Assembly (NCBI GenBank): GCA_963514005.1
Contig: OY740815.1
Span: 2,232,001-2,296,000, forward strand
Reading direction: 5' to 3'
DNA length: 64,000 nucleotides
Source of the DNA: Raja brachyura
Lineage: Eukaryota
Both the position numbers and the translations under genes were made by a program. Under the pieces are notes generated by a model. The model saw only the letters and a list, made by a program, of their open reading frames with translations, was not told the origin of the DNA and ran no database searches. This document shows, one piece after another, positions 49,864 to 61,341 of this stretch. Each line of letters starts with the position of its first letter. The stretch's first letter is position 1.

Positions 49864-49930
49864 CAGTTTTTTAGCTTCTGCACCACTCTTGATTATTGTT
49901 GGATATTTAGCAATAACTGATGCTGCTTTC
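49864..49930 (-). CDS. POLB: POLB exon 3 (KAASVIAKYPTIIKSGAEAKKL)
   Basis: ctgacag acceptor, CTG|GTGAGC donor, 67 nt; visible within track ORF 49810-50076. Confidence 0.97.
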
Positions 49931-50914
49931 CTGTCAGAAGATAACAAAAAGTACAAACTTGCATTCCAAATGTCTACTTTGTTTTGGTAATCATTCTGCA
50001 GAATAGAAAGCCTCGATAAAGTATTAATTTTGTAAAATTGTATTACACGCATTCTCCCTTTCCATGTGAGCCTCACATAGAAAGCAGGTACACTGCAAAT
50101 TAAGAATCTAATTTACAGATGACAAACTCAGATTGAAAGTGTATTTCTATTTATAACCCGACAACCACGGGACAGCTGCGGCATGGTGGCGCAGCAGTAG
50201 AGTTGCTGCCTTGAGCGCTTGCAGGGCCGGAGACCCGGGTTCCATCCCGACTACAGGTGCTGTCTGGATGGAGTTTGTATGTTCTCCCCATAACTGTGTG
50301 GGTTTCCTCTGAGATGTTTGGTTTCCTCCCACACTCAAAAGACATGTAAGTTTGTAGGTTAATTGGCTTTGGTATCAGTGTAAATTCTCCCTAGTGCTAG
50401 TGTGCAGGGATCGCTGGTCGATGCAGACTCGGTGGGCTGAAGGGCCTGTTTCCGCGCTGTATCTCTAAACAAAATAAACTAAACCAATTAAAATGTGAAA
50501 TTAAAATTTGAAGTAAACTCATCATGTGGTTCATATTAGGAACCATTGCTAGAGTAACTCATTAGTTTGTACAGAAGATCATTCTGGATCCATTGGGAAG
50601 CACCCCCTGATAGGGATGATGAACTGGGTTTACTGAGGCGACCAATATTAAGCAGGAGCCATTGACCCAAGTCATACCCCTGTCACTTGCTCCAGCCCTA
50701 CCTCTCTTTTCCAGCTTACTTCCCCCCCCTGCTCCATCAGTATGAAGGAGGGTCCCGACCCAAAATGTCACCTGTCCATTCCCTCCACAGATGCTGCCTG
50801 ACCCGCTGAGCTCCTCCACCACACTGATTGTTGATTAGGTCAGGAACCCTGGGAAGAAATGCAACTGTTAGCTGGGATCTTACGGACATCAATGCTGCTG
50901 ATAGTGAGGATTAC

Positions 50915-50972
50915 CTGTAAGCATTGTACTTGTGCATTGCTCGATTCACATTCCTCTCAAAGTTAGCCAGTT
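50915..50972 (-). CDS. POLB: POLB exon 2 (ELANFERNVNRAMHKYNAYR)
   Basis: ttttgcag acceptor, AG|GTAATC donor, 58 nt, in frame; H34/K35/Y39 lyase-domain residues. Confidence 0.97.
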
Positions 50973-51164
50973 CTGCAAAATAAAACAACCAGGTATGTTT
51001 CAAAGAAAGGGCAGTGGGCGGGTGAAGGCAACAGTTACCCCAGGGGGAGGGGGTAATTGTAACCACGGGGGGAAGGAGGGTGTGGGGGGGGGTGAGGATA
51101 ACTATTATCCTCGGGAGAGTGGGGACAGTGGGGGGGGGGGGGTGAGGATGACTGTTACCCCGGG

Positions 51165-54100
51165 GGGGGGGGGAGGGGGGAGAAGAGGGGAAGGGGGGAG
51201 AGAGGAAAAGATGGAGAGGGGAAGGGGAAGGGGGGAAGAGGGGAAGGGGGGAAGAGGGGAAGGGGAAGAGGGGAAGAGGGAAGGGGGGAGGGGAAAAAGG
51301 GGGAGAGGGGAAAAAGGGGGAGAGGGGGAAAAGGGGGGGAGAGGGGAAAAGGGGGGGAGAGGGGAAAAGGGGGGAGAAGAGGGGAAAAGGGGGGAGAAGA
51401 GGGGAAGGGGGGAGAAGAGGGGAAGGGGGGAGAAGAGGGGAAGGGGGGAGAAGAGGGGAAGGGGGGAGAAGAGGGGAAGGGGGGAGAAGAGGGGAAGGTG
51501 GGAGAAGAGGGGAAGGGGCAGAGGAGGGGAAGGGGGGAGAGAGGAAAAGATGGAGAGGGGAAGGGGGAAGAGGGAGAGGGGAAGGGGGAAGAAGGGGAAG
51601 GAGGGGAAGAGGGGAAGAGGGGGGAGAGGGGGGAGAGGGGGAAGGGGGAGAGGGGGAAGGGGGGAGAGGGGAAAAGGGGGGAGAGGGGGAAAGGGGGGGA
51701 GAAGAGGGGAAAAGGGGGGGAGAAGAGGGGAGAAGAGGGGAAAAGGGGGGGAGAAGAGGGGAGAAGAGGGGAAGGGGGGAGAAGAGGGGAAGGGGGAGAA
51801 GAGGGGAAGGGGGAGAGAGGAAAAGATGGAGAGGGGAAGGGGGAAGAGGGAGAGGGGAAGGGGGAAGGGGGGGAAGAGGGGAAGAGGGGGGAGAGGGGGG
51901 AGAGGGGGAAGGGGGAAAGGGGGAGAGGGGGGAGAGGGGAAAAGGGGGGAGAGGGGAAAAGGGGGGAGAAGAGGGGAAAAGGGGGGGAGAAGAGGGGAGA
52001 AGAGGGGAAGGGGGGAGAAGAGGGGAAGGGGGGAGAAGAGGGGAAGGGGGGAGAAGAGGGGAAGGGGAGAAGAGGGGAAGGGGGAGAAGAGGGGAAGGGG
52101 GAGAAGAGGGGAAGGGGGAGAAGAGGGGAAGGGGGAGAAGAGGGGAAGGGGGGAGAAGAGGGGAAGGGGGAGAAGAGGGGAAGGGGGGAGAAGAGGGGAA
52201 GGGGGAGAAGAGGGGAAGGGGGAGAAGAGGGGAAGGGGGAGAAGAGGGGAAGGGGGCAGAGAGGAAAAGATGGAGAGGGGAAGGGGGAAGAGGGGAAGGG
52301 GGAAGAGGGGGAAGGGGGGAGAGGGGAAAAGGGGGGAGAGGGGAAAAGGGGGGAGAGGGGAAAAGGGGGGAGAGGGGAAAAGGGGGGAGGGGAAAAGGGG
52401 GGAAGGGGGAGAAGAGGGGAGAAGAGGGGAAGGGGGAGAAGAGGGGAAGGGGGGAGAAGAGGGGAAGGGGGGAGAAGAGGGGAAGGGGGGAGAAGAGGGG
52501 AAGGGGGGAGAAGAGGGGAAGGGGGGAGAAGAGGGGAAGGGGGGAGAAGAGGGGAAGGGGGAGAAGAGGGAGAAGAGGGGAAGGGGAGAAGAGGGGAAGG
52601 GGAGAAGAGGGGAAGGGGAGAAGAGGGGAAGGGGGGAGAAGAGGGGAAGGGGGAGAAGAGGGGAAGGGGGGAGAAGAGGGGAAGGGGGGGAGAAGAGGGG
52701 AAGGGGGGGAGAAGAGGGGAAGGGGGGGAGAAGAGGGGAAGGGGGGGGAGAAGAGGGGAAGGGGGGGAGAAGAGGGGAAGGGGGGGAGAAGAGGGGAAGG
52801 GGGGGAGAAGAGGGGAAGGGGGAGAAGAGGGGAAGGGGGAGAAGAGGGGAAGGGGGGAGAAGAGGGGAAGGGGGGAGAAGAGGGGAAGGGGAGAAGAGGG
52901 GAAGGGGGAGAAGAGGGGAAGGGGGAGAAGAGGGGAAGGGGGAGAAGAGGGGAAGGGGGAGAAGAGGGGAAGGGGGAGAAGAGGGGAAGGGGGAGAAGAG
53001 GGGAAGGGGGAGAAGAGGGGAAGGGGAGAGAAGAGGGGAAGGGGGAGAAGAGGGGAAGGGGGCAGAGAGGAAAAGATGGAGAGGGGAAGGGGGAAGAGGG
53101 GAAGGGGGAAGAGGGGGAAGGGGGGAGAGGGGAAAAGGGGGGAGAGGGGAAAAGGGGGGAGAGGGGAAAAGGGGGGAGAGGGGAAAAGGGGGGAGAGGGG
53201 AAAAGGGGGGAAGGGGGAGAAGAGGGGAGAAGAGGGGAAGGGGGAGAAGAGGGGAAGGGGGGAGAAGAGGGGAAGGGGGGAGAAGAGGGGAAGGGGGGAG
53301 AAGAGGGGAAGGGGGGAGAAGAGGGGAAGGGGGGAGAAGAGGGGAAGGGGGGAGAAGAGGGGAAGGGGGAGAAGAGGGAGAAGAGGGGAAGGGGAGAAGA
53401 GGGGAAGGGGAGAAGAGGGGAAGGGGAGAAGAGGGGAAGGGGGGAGAAGAGGGGAAGGGGGAGAAGAGGGGAAGGGGGGAGAAGAGGGGAAGGGGGGGAG
53501 AAGAGGGGAAGGGGGGGAGAAGAGGGGAAGGGGGGGAGAAGAGGGGAAGGGGGGGGAGAAGAGGGGAAGGGGGGGAGAAGAGGGGAAGGGGGGGAGAAGA
53601 GGGGAAGGGGGAGAAGAGGGGAAGGGGGAGAAGAGGGGAAGGGGGAGAAGAGGGGAAGGGGGGAGAAGAGGGGAAGGGGGGAGAAGAGGGGAAGGGGGGA
53701 GAAGAGAGGAAGGGGGAGAAGAGGGGAAGGGGGGAGAAGAGAGGAAGGGGGAGAAGAGGGGAGGGGGGAGAAGAGGGGAAGGGGGGAGAAGAGGGGAAGG
53801 GGGGAGAAGAGGGGAAGGGGGGAGAAGAGGGGAAGGGGGGAGAAGAGGGGAAGGGGGGAGAAGAGGGGAAGGGGGGAGAAGAGGGGAAGGGGGGAGAAGA
53901 GGGGAAGGGGGGAGAAGAGAGGAAGGGGGAGAAGAGGGGAAGGGGGGAGAAGAGGGGAAGGGGAGAAGAGGGGAAGGAGAGAAGAGGGGAAGGGGGGAGA
54001 AAAGGGGAAGGGGGGGGAGAAGAGGGGAAGGGGGGAGAAGAGGGGAAGGGGGGAGAAGAGGGGAAGGGGCCAGAGGAGAGGGGAAGGGGGGAGAAGAGGG

Positions 54101-54203
54101 GAAGGGGGCAGAGGAGAGGGCAGTAATACGCTTAGCAGCGTCTACACTGCCGGAATCCTACAAGAGGGGGTTAGAGGAGAGAGGGGGAGGGGAAGGGGGG
54201 GGA
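51165..54203 (+). repeat. 3 kb polypurine minisatellite (unit ~GGGGGAGAAGAGGGGAAG) in POLB intron 1
   Basis: Almost only G and A on the + strand; recurring landmark AGAGAGGAAAAGATGGAGAGGGG at ~51200, 51540, 51815, 52260, 53065. Confidence 0.95.
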
Positions 54204-54227
54204 GTGCCGCTCCGCGGCCTCCATTAC

Positions 54228-54288
54228 CGATCAGGAAGTCTGTGATCCCCTCGTTCAGCGTCTCCTGCGGCGCTTTCCTCTTGCTCAT
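54228..54288 (-). CDS. POLB: DNA polymerase beta, exon 1 (MSKRKAPQETLNEGITDFLI-)
   Basis: ATG in a GCCGCCGCCATG Kozak context inside a CpG island; N-terminus matches vertebrate Pol beta MSKRKAPQETLN; donor G|GTAATG; 61 nt. Confidence 0.97.
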
Positions 54289-54394
54289 GGCGGCGGCGGC
54301 GGCGGCTCTCGGTGCAAGGCCGGCCCGAACAGCAGCCTCCTTTCCCCGCCGCCGTCACAATGTCAGCCCAGGCTTCTGCTGCGTCGCTAGGCCG

Positions 54395-54490
54395 CGTGCG
54401 TGCGCGCCCCCGCCGCCCGGGGATTTAAACCGTGCGTGCGCGCCCCCGCCGCCCGGGGATTTAAACCGTGCGTGCGTGCGCGCCCCCGCC
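54395..54490 (+). repeat. 36-bp tandem repeat (two full copies plus a partial) in the POLB promoter
   Basis: cgtgcgtgcgcgcccccgccgcccggggatttaaac at 54395-54430 and 54431-54466, partial copy to 54490. Confidence 0.9.
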
Positions 54491-57319
54491 CAGGCCTCTG
54501 GCTGCAACCTGCCCTACACTATATTTATTAACCTATTTATACGGTTCCTTTATTGGCTTTATTGCAGAGAGAGAGTGCAGAAACCCCAATAGAAAGTCGG
54601 GCAACGTGTCCCTGGGAATGCCACGTCCACATGCATGGGGAGCTCTGCAAATTATTTCAGAAATATGCATAGAAAATGCTGTCATTGTATTGCATTTGTG
54701 CCATCAAGTAAGTTTATTGGCCAAGTATTCACATCAAAGATCCTATATCAAAGCTCCGCTATAGGATCTTTGATTCACATACAAGGAATTTGCCTCGGTG
54801 CTCCACCCAGAAGTAACAACATGACATACAGTGACAGTGACGAATGATTCAGAACACTAAACATTAATAATAATAAAACATTAATGATAAAACACCATTG
54901 ATCAAGCATGTGAACCAACACAATACCAGATCAAAGGGAGGCTACAGATTTTTGGCTGTTGAGTAGAGCAACTACTCGTGGATAAAAACTGTTTTTATGT
55001 CTGGCTGTGGCAGCTTTGACAGTCCGGAGTCGCCTTTCAGAGGGAAGTGATTCAAAGAGTTTGTGGCCAGGGTGAGAGGGGTCAGAGATGATCTTGCCCG
55101 CTCGCTTCCTGGCCCTTGCAGTGTACAGTTCATCAATGGAGGGAAGGTTGCAGCCATCAAATAGAGTCACATACATTGTGCCTTCAAATAGAAATAAAGC
55201 ACTAACAGGCCGTTCAGCCCAACTCGGCCATGCTGACCAAGATGCACCATCTAAGTTGGTCCCATTTGCTTGCCTTTGGTCCATATCCCTCAAAACCTTC
55301 CCTATCCCTGTACCTGTTCAGCCAGTGTCTGTTAACAGGCCTCTGAACAGTCCTTCCATAAGCAAAGGTACTTTCCGTCTCACCTCTATCCCATTGAGGA
55401 CATTGGGAACATTGGGAAAATAAATGATATGCTACAACGCTGAGAACTATATTCTGCACTCTGTATCTTCCCCTTTGCTCTATTTATTGTATCTGTGTTT
55501 GAACTGATTGTATCTGTGTATGGTATATCTGATCTGCTTGGATAGCATGCAACACAAAGATTTTCACTGTACTTCTGTATATATAACTAACAATCCTAAA
55601 TGTTGTTACTATAACATTTTATTTACAATGCATCAATGCCACAAACGTTTCCACTTCAAACTTTGTAGAGTTTGGTCACATTTTGCAAAGGGAATATATT
55701 GTTAATGAGGGCAGTCAGAGGGTAACTAGGTGTGGAACAGTCTGCTGGAGGATCTGTGGGTTGAGCAGTATCTGCGGCAATTATTTTCCCCTCATGGCTG
55801 CTGCCTGGCCGTTGAGTTCCTCCGGCAGATTGTTTGTTGCTATAAAGAAGTGTGATGAGTCGTAAAAACATGTGTTAATGGAGAGGGGACAAAAGAGAAA
55901 AAATAACCCGAGCCAATATCACAGATAATTACTTGTAGCAAAAAGTGACCAGTTTAGAGATACAGTGCGGAACCAGGCCCTTCGGCCGACCGAGTCCACG
56001 CCAACCAGCGATCCCCGCACATTAACACTATTCTACAGGACAATTTACATTTCTGCCAATCCAATTAACCTACAACCCTGTACATCTTTGGGATGTGGGA
56101 GGAAACCAGAACACCCGGAGAAAACCCACGCAGGTCACGGGGAGAACGTATAAACTCCGTACAGACAGCACCCGTAGTCGGGATCAAACCCGCGTCTCTG
56201 GCGCAGTAAGACAGCAACTCTACCGCTGAGCCACCGTGCCGCACACAGTTCTGATATAGTCAAAGAAAGCAAGTTATCGGAGGTTGGGAAATTTGATATT
56301 GAGTCAGGAGGCTGCAAGGATAGGAGGTCTGGGAATGCTACATAAACAAGGTAAAAAATCCTCCTCTCCTTGGAAGTTTTGACGATCCAAATATTTCCCT
56401 GATTTAAGGTCTCAAAGAACGAAAACACATGATGTTTAAAAAATTGATAAATTTAATAACATTGGAATCACAAAATGAACATTTAATTATTATAAAAAAA
56501 TATTCTGTCAGTTTATTTACAGATCTGTGAGAAACGTCACCAAAAGACTCAGAAAGCAAAGTGTGCCTGCCGTAGCTCCAACTTGTTTCCTGCAGTCCAG
56601 AAATGTCTCCGTTTAAAAGCCTGCGTGGTAAAGGAACAAGAACAAAACCATAATTCAGAGGATTTCATTTATTAATTTGGCTACAAAATAGGTTTCATCT
56701 TGCATAAACTTCTAAATTTAATTCAGAGATGGACAAAATCACTCGTTTTCAAAAGGTAATTTTCGTAGAATTACGAAATTACCTTTTTGTAGAAATGGTA
56801 AATTTCCTAATCCTGCACCTATTTTTCTATGTTTCTAATTTTCTATGAAGATACATAATTTTCTATGAAAATTAGATACATAGAAAAATAGGTGCAGGAA
56901 TAGGCCATTTGGCCCTTCGAGCCAGCACCTACATTCAATATGATTGATACTGCATAGAAACAGCACCTTCGGCCCACCAAATCCACACCAACCATCAATC
57001 ACCCATCCACAATAATTCCACTTTTGCAACCACTCCCTACATTCTAGAGGTAGTTTACAGAAGCCAATTAACCTACAAACCTTCATGTCTTTGTGAAGTG
57101 GGAGGAAACCGGAGCACCCGGAGGAAATCCACACAGTCACAGGAAGAACATATAAACTCCACGACACTCGGGATTGGGATCAGGATCAATCCCAGGTCTC
57201 TGCTGTTGTGAGGCAGCAGCTCTGCTCGCTGCACCAGTGACAAGGTGCCCACTTGATAACCCCAGTGACATGTCTGCCTAGCCTTTCTCAACATCGGAGG
57301 ATCGTAGGTGAGTGCATAA

Positions 57320-57771
57320 AGGGCCTGTCCCACTTACGCGACCTTGGCTCACAAATTATGCAACCTCGTGCTCGTTTGAGGATTACGGGCACCGTATGGC
57401 CGCGCGGGGCCGGTCCCACTTACAAGCGTGGAGTTGTGCGGGGCTGGTCCCGACATCACGCGGGGCTCTGAAATTCTGGCAGTTGCCGAAGTCTTCGTGC
57501 GCGAACGGCCTGTCGGCACGCAGGCGCATTGCAGTCGTAGGTAGCGTCTTGACGCCGTACGCCTAGCGCGTGGCTTTGCGCGATGATGCCACCGCCCGGC
57601 GTAGCATTCCGTAATGACGTCACCGCCTGACGCAGTGCGACGCCCAAATTCAGTCGGCCCACCTCCTGCCCAGCTGATTGGTAAGCGTGATGCAAATGAC
57701 GTCACGCGCGAACTCCGCTTCCGTTTGGTCGCGCCAAACGCACGCAATCGCATGCAAGTGGGACAGACCCT
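57320..57771. mobile_element. PIF/Harbinger-like MITE, CpG-rich, about 200 bp past the ENKD1 stop
   Basis: TIR AGGGCCTGTCCCACTT / AAGTGGGACAGACCCT; TAA TSD at 57317-57319 and 57772-57774. Confidence 0.8.
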
Positions 57772-57972
57772 TAAGGCTTCCATATTTGGCATTTTGGATT
57801 TTTAGCATCTTGTCCTGTGTATTTGGTAACTGATTCAATTTGTTTTCATACACCTCAACTCTCTTCTCCCCATTCACATTACAACCAAGCCTTTCACATC
57901 ATAACCATTATTCCAAGCAATAACCAGAAACAGACATCTTGCTACAACCTGAATTTTACCTTTCTGAGCTGC

Positions 57973-58133
57973 TCAGACATTAACTTTAATGAAAACTTTG
58001 GGCCGAGAGAAGATTTTAATGGCCTCTTCGATCTCTGCCAGTTTCTTCTCAAGGTCAGCGCATCTATTCTGCATGCCAATCGTATCCACTCGCACAGGAA
58101 ACATCAGCAATTGCTTGATCAGCTGTTTTTGGG
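57973..58133 (-). CDS. ENKD1: ENKD1 terminal exon (TQKQLIKQLLMFPVRVDT...IEEAIKIFSRPKVFIKVNV*)
   Basis: cctag acceptor; enkurin-domain C-terminal EEAIKIFSRPKVF; TGA at 57975-57973. Confidence 0.94.
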
Positions 58134-58691
58134 CTAGGGGAAGGGGTTGGCAGGAAGCAGATTAAACAAGATGAGCAGGTAGTTCAAGTTAATTAAAACA
58201 TAAATACTTTAAACATTCAACTTGCATCACCAATGTAGCTTGAATTGTTCACGGGCTCTGATGAGTTCAAGTTCAAGTGAGTTTATTGTCATGTGTCCCA
58301 GATAGGACAATGAAATTCTTGCTTTGCTTCAGCACAACAGAACATAGTAGGCATTAACTACAAAACAGATCAGTGTGTCCATATATCATTACATAAATAT
58401 ATACACACATGAATAAATAAACTGATAAAGTGCAAATAACAGATAATGGGTTATTAATGTTCATAGTTTTGTCCGAGCCAGGTTTAATAGCCTGAAGGCT
58501 GTGGGGAAGTAGCTATTCCTGAACCTGGTCGCTGCAGTCTTCAGGCTCCTGTACCTTCTACCTGAAGGTAGCAGGGAGATGAGTGTGTGGCCAGGATGGT
58601 GTGGGTCCTTGATGAAATGTCATTAACCCAAAATATTGTCTTTTTTTTCCCTTTGATACTGCCTGACCTGCTATATATTATCACCATGTTC

Positions 58692-58837
58692 AAGAAGGAA
58701 CTGCACACGCAGAAAATCAAAGGTAGACAAAAGTGCTGGAGAAACTCAGCGGGTGCGGCAGCGGAGGTCCATCTATGAAACTCGCTCCATAGATGCTGCC
58801 GCACCCACTGAGTTTCTCCAGCACTTTTGTCTACCAG
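58692..58837. mobile_element. Fold-back Penelope-derived mini-element in an ENKD1 intron
   Basis: Inverted arms; 17-bp TSD atattatcaccatgttc at 58675-58691 and 58838-58854. Confidence 0.8.
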
Positions 58838-59224
58838 ATATTATCACCATGTTCTGCTTCTAGTTGAGACTTCCAGCATCTGCAGCTCTTGCTTTTCGAA
58901 ATGCAAAATGGCTTTACTTATTTGTTTTAAACTTGCAATCACTGGGCACTGCTTTGTCCGAGCGTGATCTGCACACGGTACATTCTCAGCGAGTGTATGG
59001 GGCGAGCTGGACTGAAATGCTTGTTTCACCCAAATGTAGAGTTGGTACAGGAGCAAGTGTTATCCACATACTGTTACCCTGTCAATAATTCATCCGAGGA
59101 TAGACACAGAAAGCTGGAGTAACTCAGCGGGTCAGACAGCATCTCTGGATAAAAGGAATAGGTGACGTTTCGGGTCATCCTAGAGATGTTATCCTCTACA
59201 GCAGGGAGAGCACAGTAAACTTAC

Positions 59225-59361
59225 TTTGTTCGAGGGAACTGAGTGTTTCCAGTCTCTCATTCTCTGGCATCCTGGTGTGACCTGGAGGCATGCTGGGGTC
59301 GGGGATATTTTTCTGTCGCTCTTCCGCCTCTTTCCTCCATTGATTCCGCCGTTCAATTAAA
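59225..59361 (-). CDS. ENKD1: ENKD1 exon (LIERRNQWRKEAEERQKNIPDPSMPPGHTRMPENERLETLSSLEQ)
   Basis: tttccag acceptor, A|GTAAGT donor, 137 nt; PDPxMPPGHTRMPENxRLETL is a characteristic ENKD1 segment. Confidence 0.94.
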
Positions 59362-60168
59362 CTGGAAACACGGAGAGGATTTATGAGAGGATTTATAAGG
59401 TCATAAGTGATAGGAGCAGAATTAGGCCATTCAACGCGTCAAGTCTACTCCACCATTCAATCATGGCTAATCTATCTCTCCCTCCTAACCCCATTCTCCT
59501 GCCTTCTCCCCATAACCCCTGACACCCGTACTAATCAAGAATCTATCTCTGCCTTAAACATATCCATTGACTTGGCTTCCACAGCCTTCTGTGGCAAAGA
59601 ATTCCACAGATTCACGTCCCTCTGACTAAAGAAATTCCTCCTCATCTCCTTCCTAAAGGAACGTCCTTTAATTCTGAGGCTACGGCCTCTAGTCTCTAGA
59701 CTCTCTCACTAGTGGAAACATTCTCTCCACATCCACTCTATCCAAGCCTTACATTATTCGATATGTTTATTGAATGTTTTGAGAGAAAAAGAAAATGGAA
59801 AATGTAGTTTTTACTTAAAGGAAGAAAAGCAAATGACATTTAATTTGACATTTTCACTCTGGAACAAAGGACATGCCTTGTACGTCTTCCACTTTTCAAA
59901 CTTAGAAACCTTGCTAAAGGATTTGGGTACGACCGAGGTATATAATCATAATTATTGCAAATGGATTGAACAGGATTAACCAGCAGCTAATTGTGGGCGA
60001 GTGAGGGAACCCAAAGCATGAAACCCTTCAGTATAAGTTGCTTTCAATGCTGAGGGGATGGTGGAAGAGTGTATTAGCTACAAGGAAAGGTTAGACAAAC
60101 GTAGAGTATTTTCTGTGGAGCGTTGGAGGTTGAGGGGAGACGATAGAAGTTTATAAAATTATGAGGCG

Positions 60169-60191
60169 TATATATATATATATATATATAT
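60169..60191 (+). repeat. (TA)n microsatellite inside a CR1 fragment
   Basis: Direct inspection. Confidence 0.85.
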
Positions 60192-61171
60192 GGAATGCAA
60201 ACAGAACCTTTTTCCCAGGATGGAAATGTCAAAGACCAGAGAGCTTAGTTTTAAGGTGAGAGATGCAAAGTTTAAAGGAGATGTACAGGGAGGTTTTGTT
60301 TTTACACAGAAGGTGGTGGATGCCTGGAATGCACTGCTAGGGTGGTGGTGCGGGCAGAATCAATAGTGGCATTTAAGAGGCTTTTGGATAGGATGGTGGA
60401 TATGCAGGGAATGAGGAATATGGATCTTGTGGAGGAGAGGAGAAGAGTTTATCCTGGCATCATGTCCGGCACAGACATTGTGGGCCGAACAGCCTGTTCC
60501 TGTGCTGTACTGTGTCCTACTTGACACAGGTGAGGGGGCAAAGGGCCACAAGTGCAAGACTCTGGGTTCACCACCTGAGGGACAGTCGTGGACACGGTGC
60601 CGTGGTCGGCTCGGCGTGCGAGATTCAACGCTAGTCGATCTCACAGGGTAGCAGACGCCAAATGTAGCTCTGGAAAAGATGTAAAGGAATCGCCAGAAGC
60701 AGGGATGATCAATTGCAAGACCGTTCAAGGCAGAGCAGAGCAGGCCATCTTTGCTTAGTTTAGTTTAGAGACACAGTGCAGCAACAGCCCCTTCGGCCCA
60801 TCGAGTCCGCGCCGACCAGTGATCCCCGCACACTAACGCTATCCTACACACTAGGGACAATTTACAATTTTCCCAAGCCAATTAACCTACAAACCTGTAC
60901 GTCTTTGGAGTGTGTGAGGAAACCGGAGCCTCCGGAGAAAACCCACAGGTCACGTGGAGAACGTACAAACTCCGTACAGACAGCGCCCGTAGTTAGGATT
61001 GAACCTGGGTCTCTGGCGCTGTATGGAGATATGTGGAAGGTTGTGTCGGGGATTGAGTAGGAGGTTAAGGTGAGTGAGGCAGGGATAATCTATGAGATAA
61101 AAGCTACCAATAGCACCCACTTACAGCGGAAGAGGTGAAGGAAAAGGACTGATGAATAATGCATTCCTTAC

Positions 61172-61341
61172 TACTGCGGTAGCTGTCCTTTATTCTGGCT
61201 GATGTAGTCCCGCTGCTCTTTCTCTTTCCTGTCCAGCACGTCCGTCAGGGACTGCAGGGATTTGGAGCGTCGCACTGGCATTTTCCTTGCATTCTGGGCG
61301 TTGTGCCTGATGAAATCTATACCGACGCCTGTGACTTGAGC
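61172..61341 (-). CDS. ENKD1: ENKD1 exon (AQVTGVGIDFIRHNAQNARK...NKGQLPQY)
   Basis: ttgcag acceptor, TA|GTAAGG donor, 170 nt; DFIRHNA motif and KGxxPxY start of the enkurin domain. Confidence 0.92.

Larger units (their letters stand above)
54200..54510 (-). promoter_or_regulatory. CpG-island promoter / 5' UTR of POLB with GC boxes and a 36-bp tandem repeat
   Basis: Dense CpGs around the POLB ATG; GC box gggcggggg on - strand (54483-54491); (GCC)n run just before the ATG. Confidence 0.8.

Noticed and set aside
50932-54245. 1064-aa and 915-aa Gly/Arg/Glu/Lys-rich plus-strand ORFs
   Set aside because: Artefact of a T-free purine satellite, which cannot contain stop codons; several frames are open and the region is antisense within POLB intron 1
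54242-54592. 116-aa plus-strand ORF across the CpG island
   Set aside because: GC-rich antisense overlap of POLB exon 1 and promoter; its repeated peptide comes from the 36-bp tandem repeat
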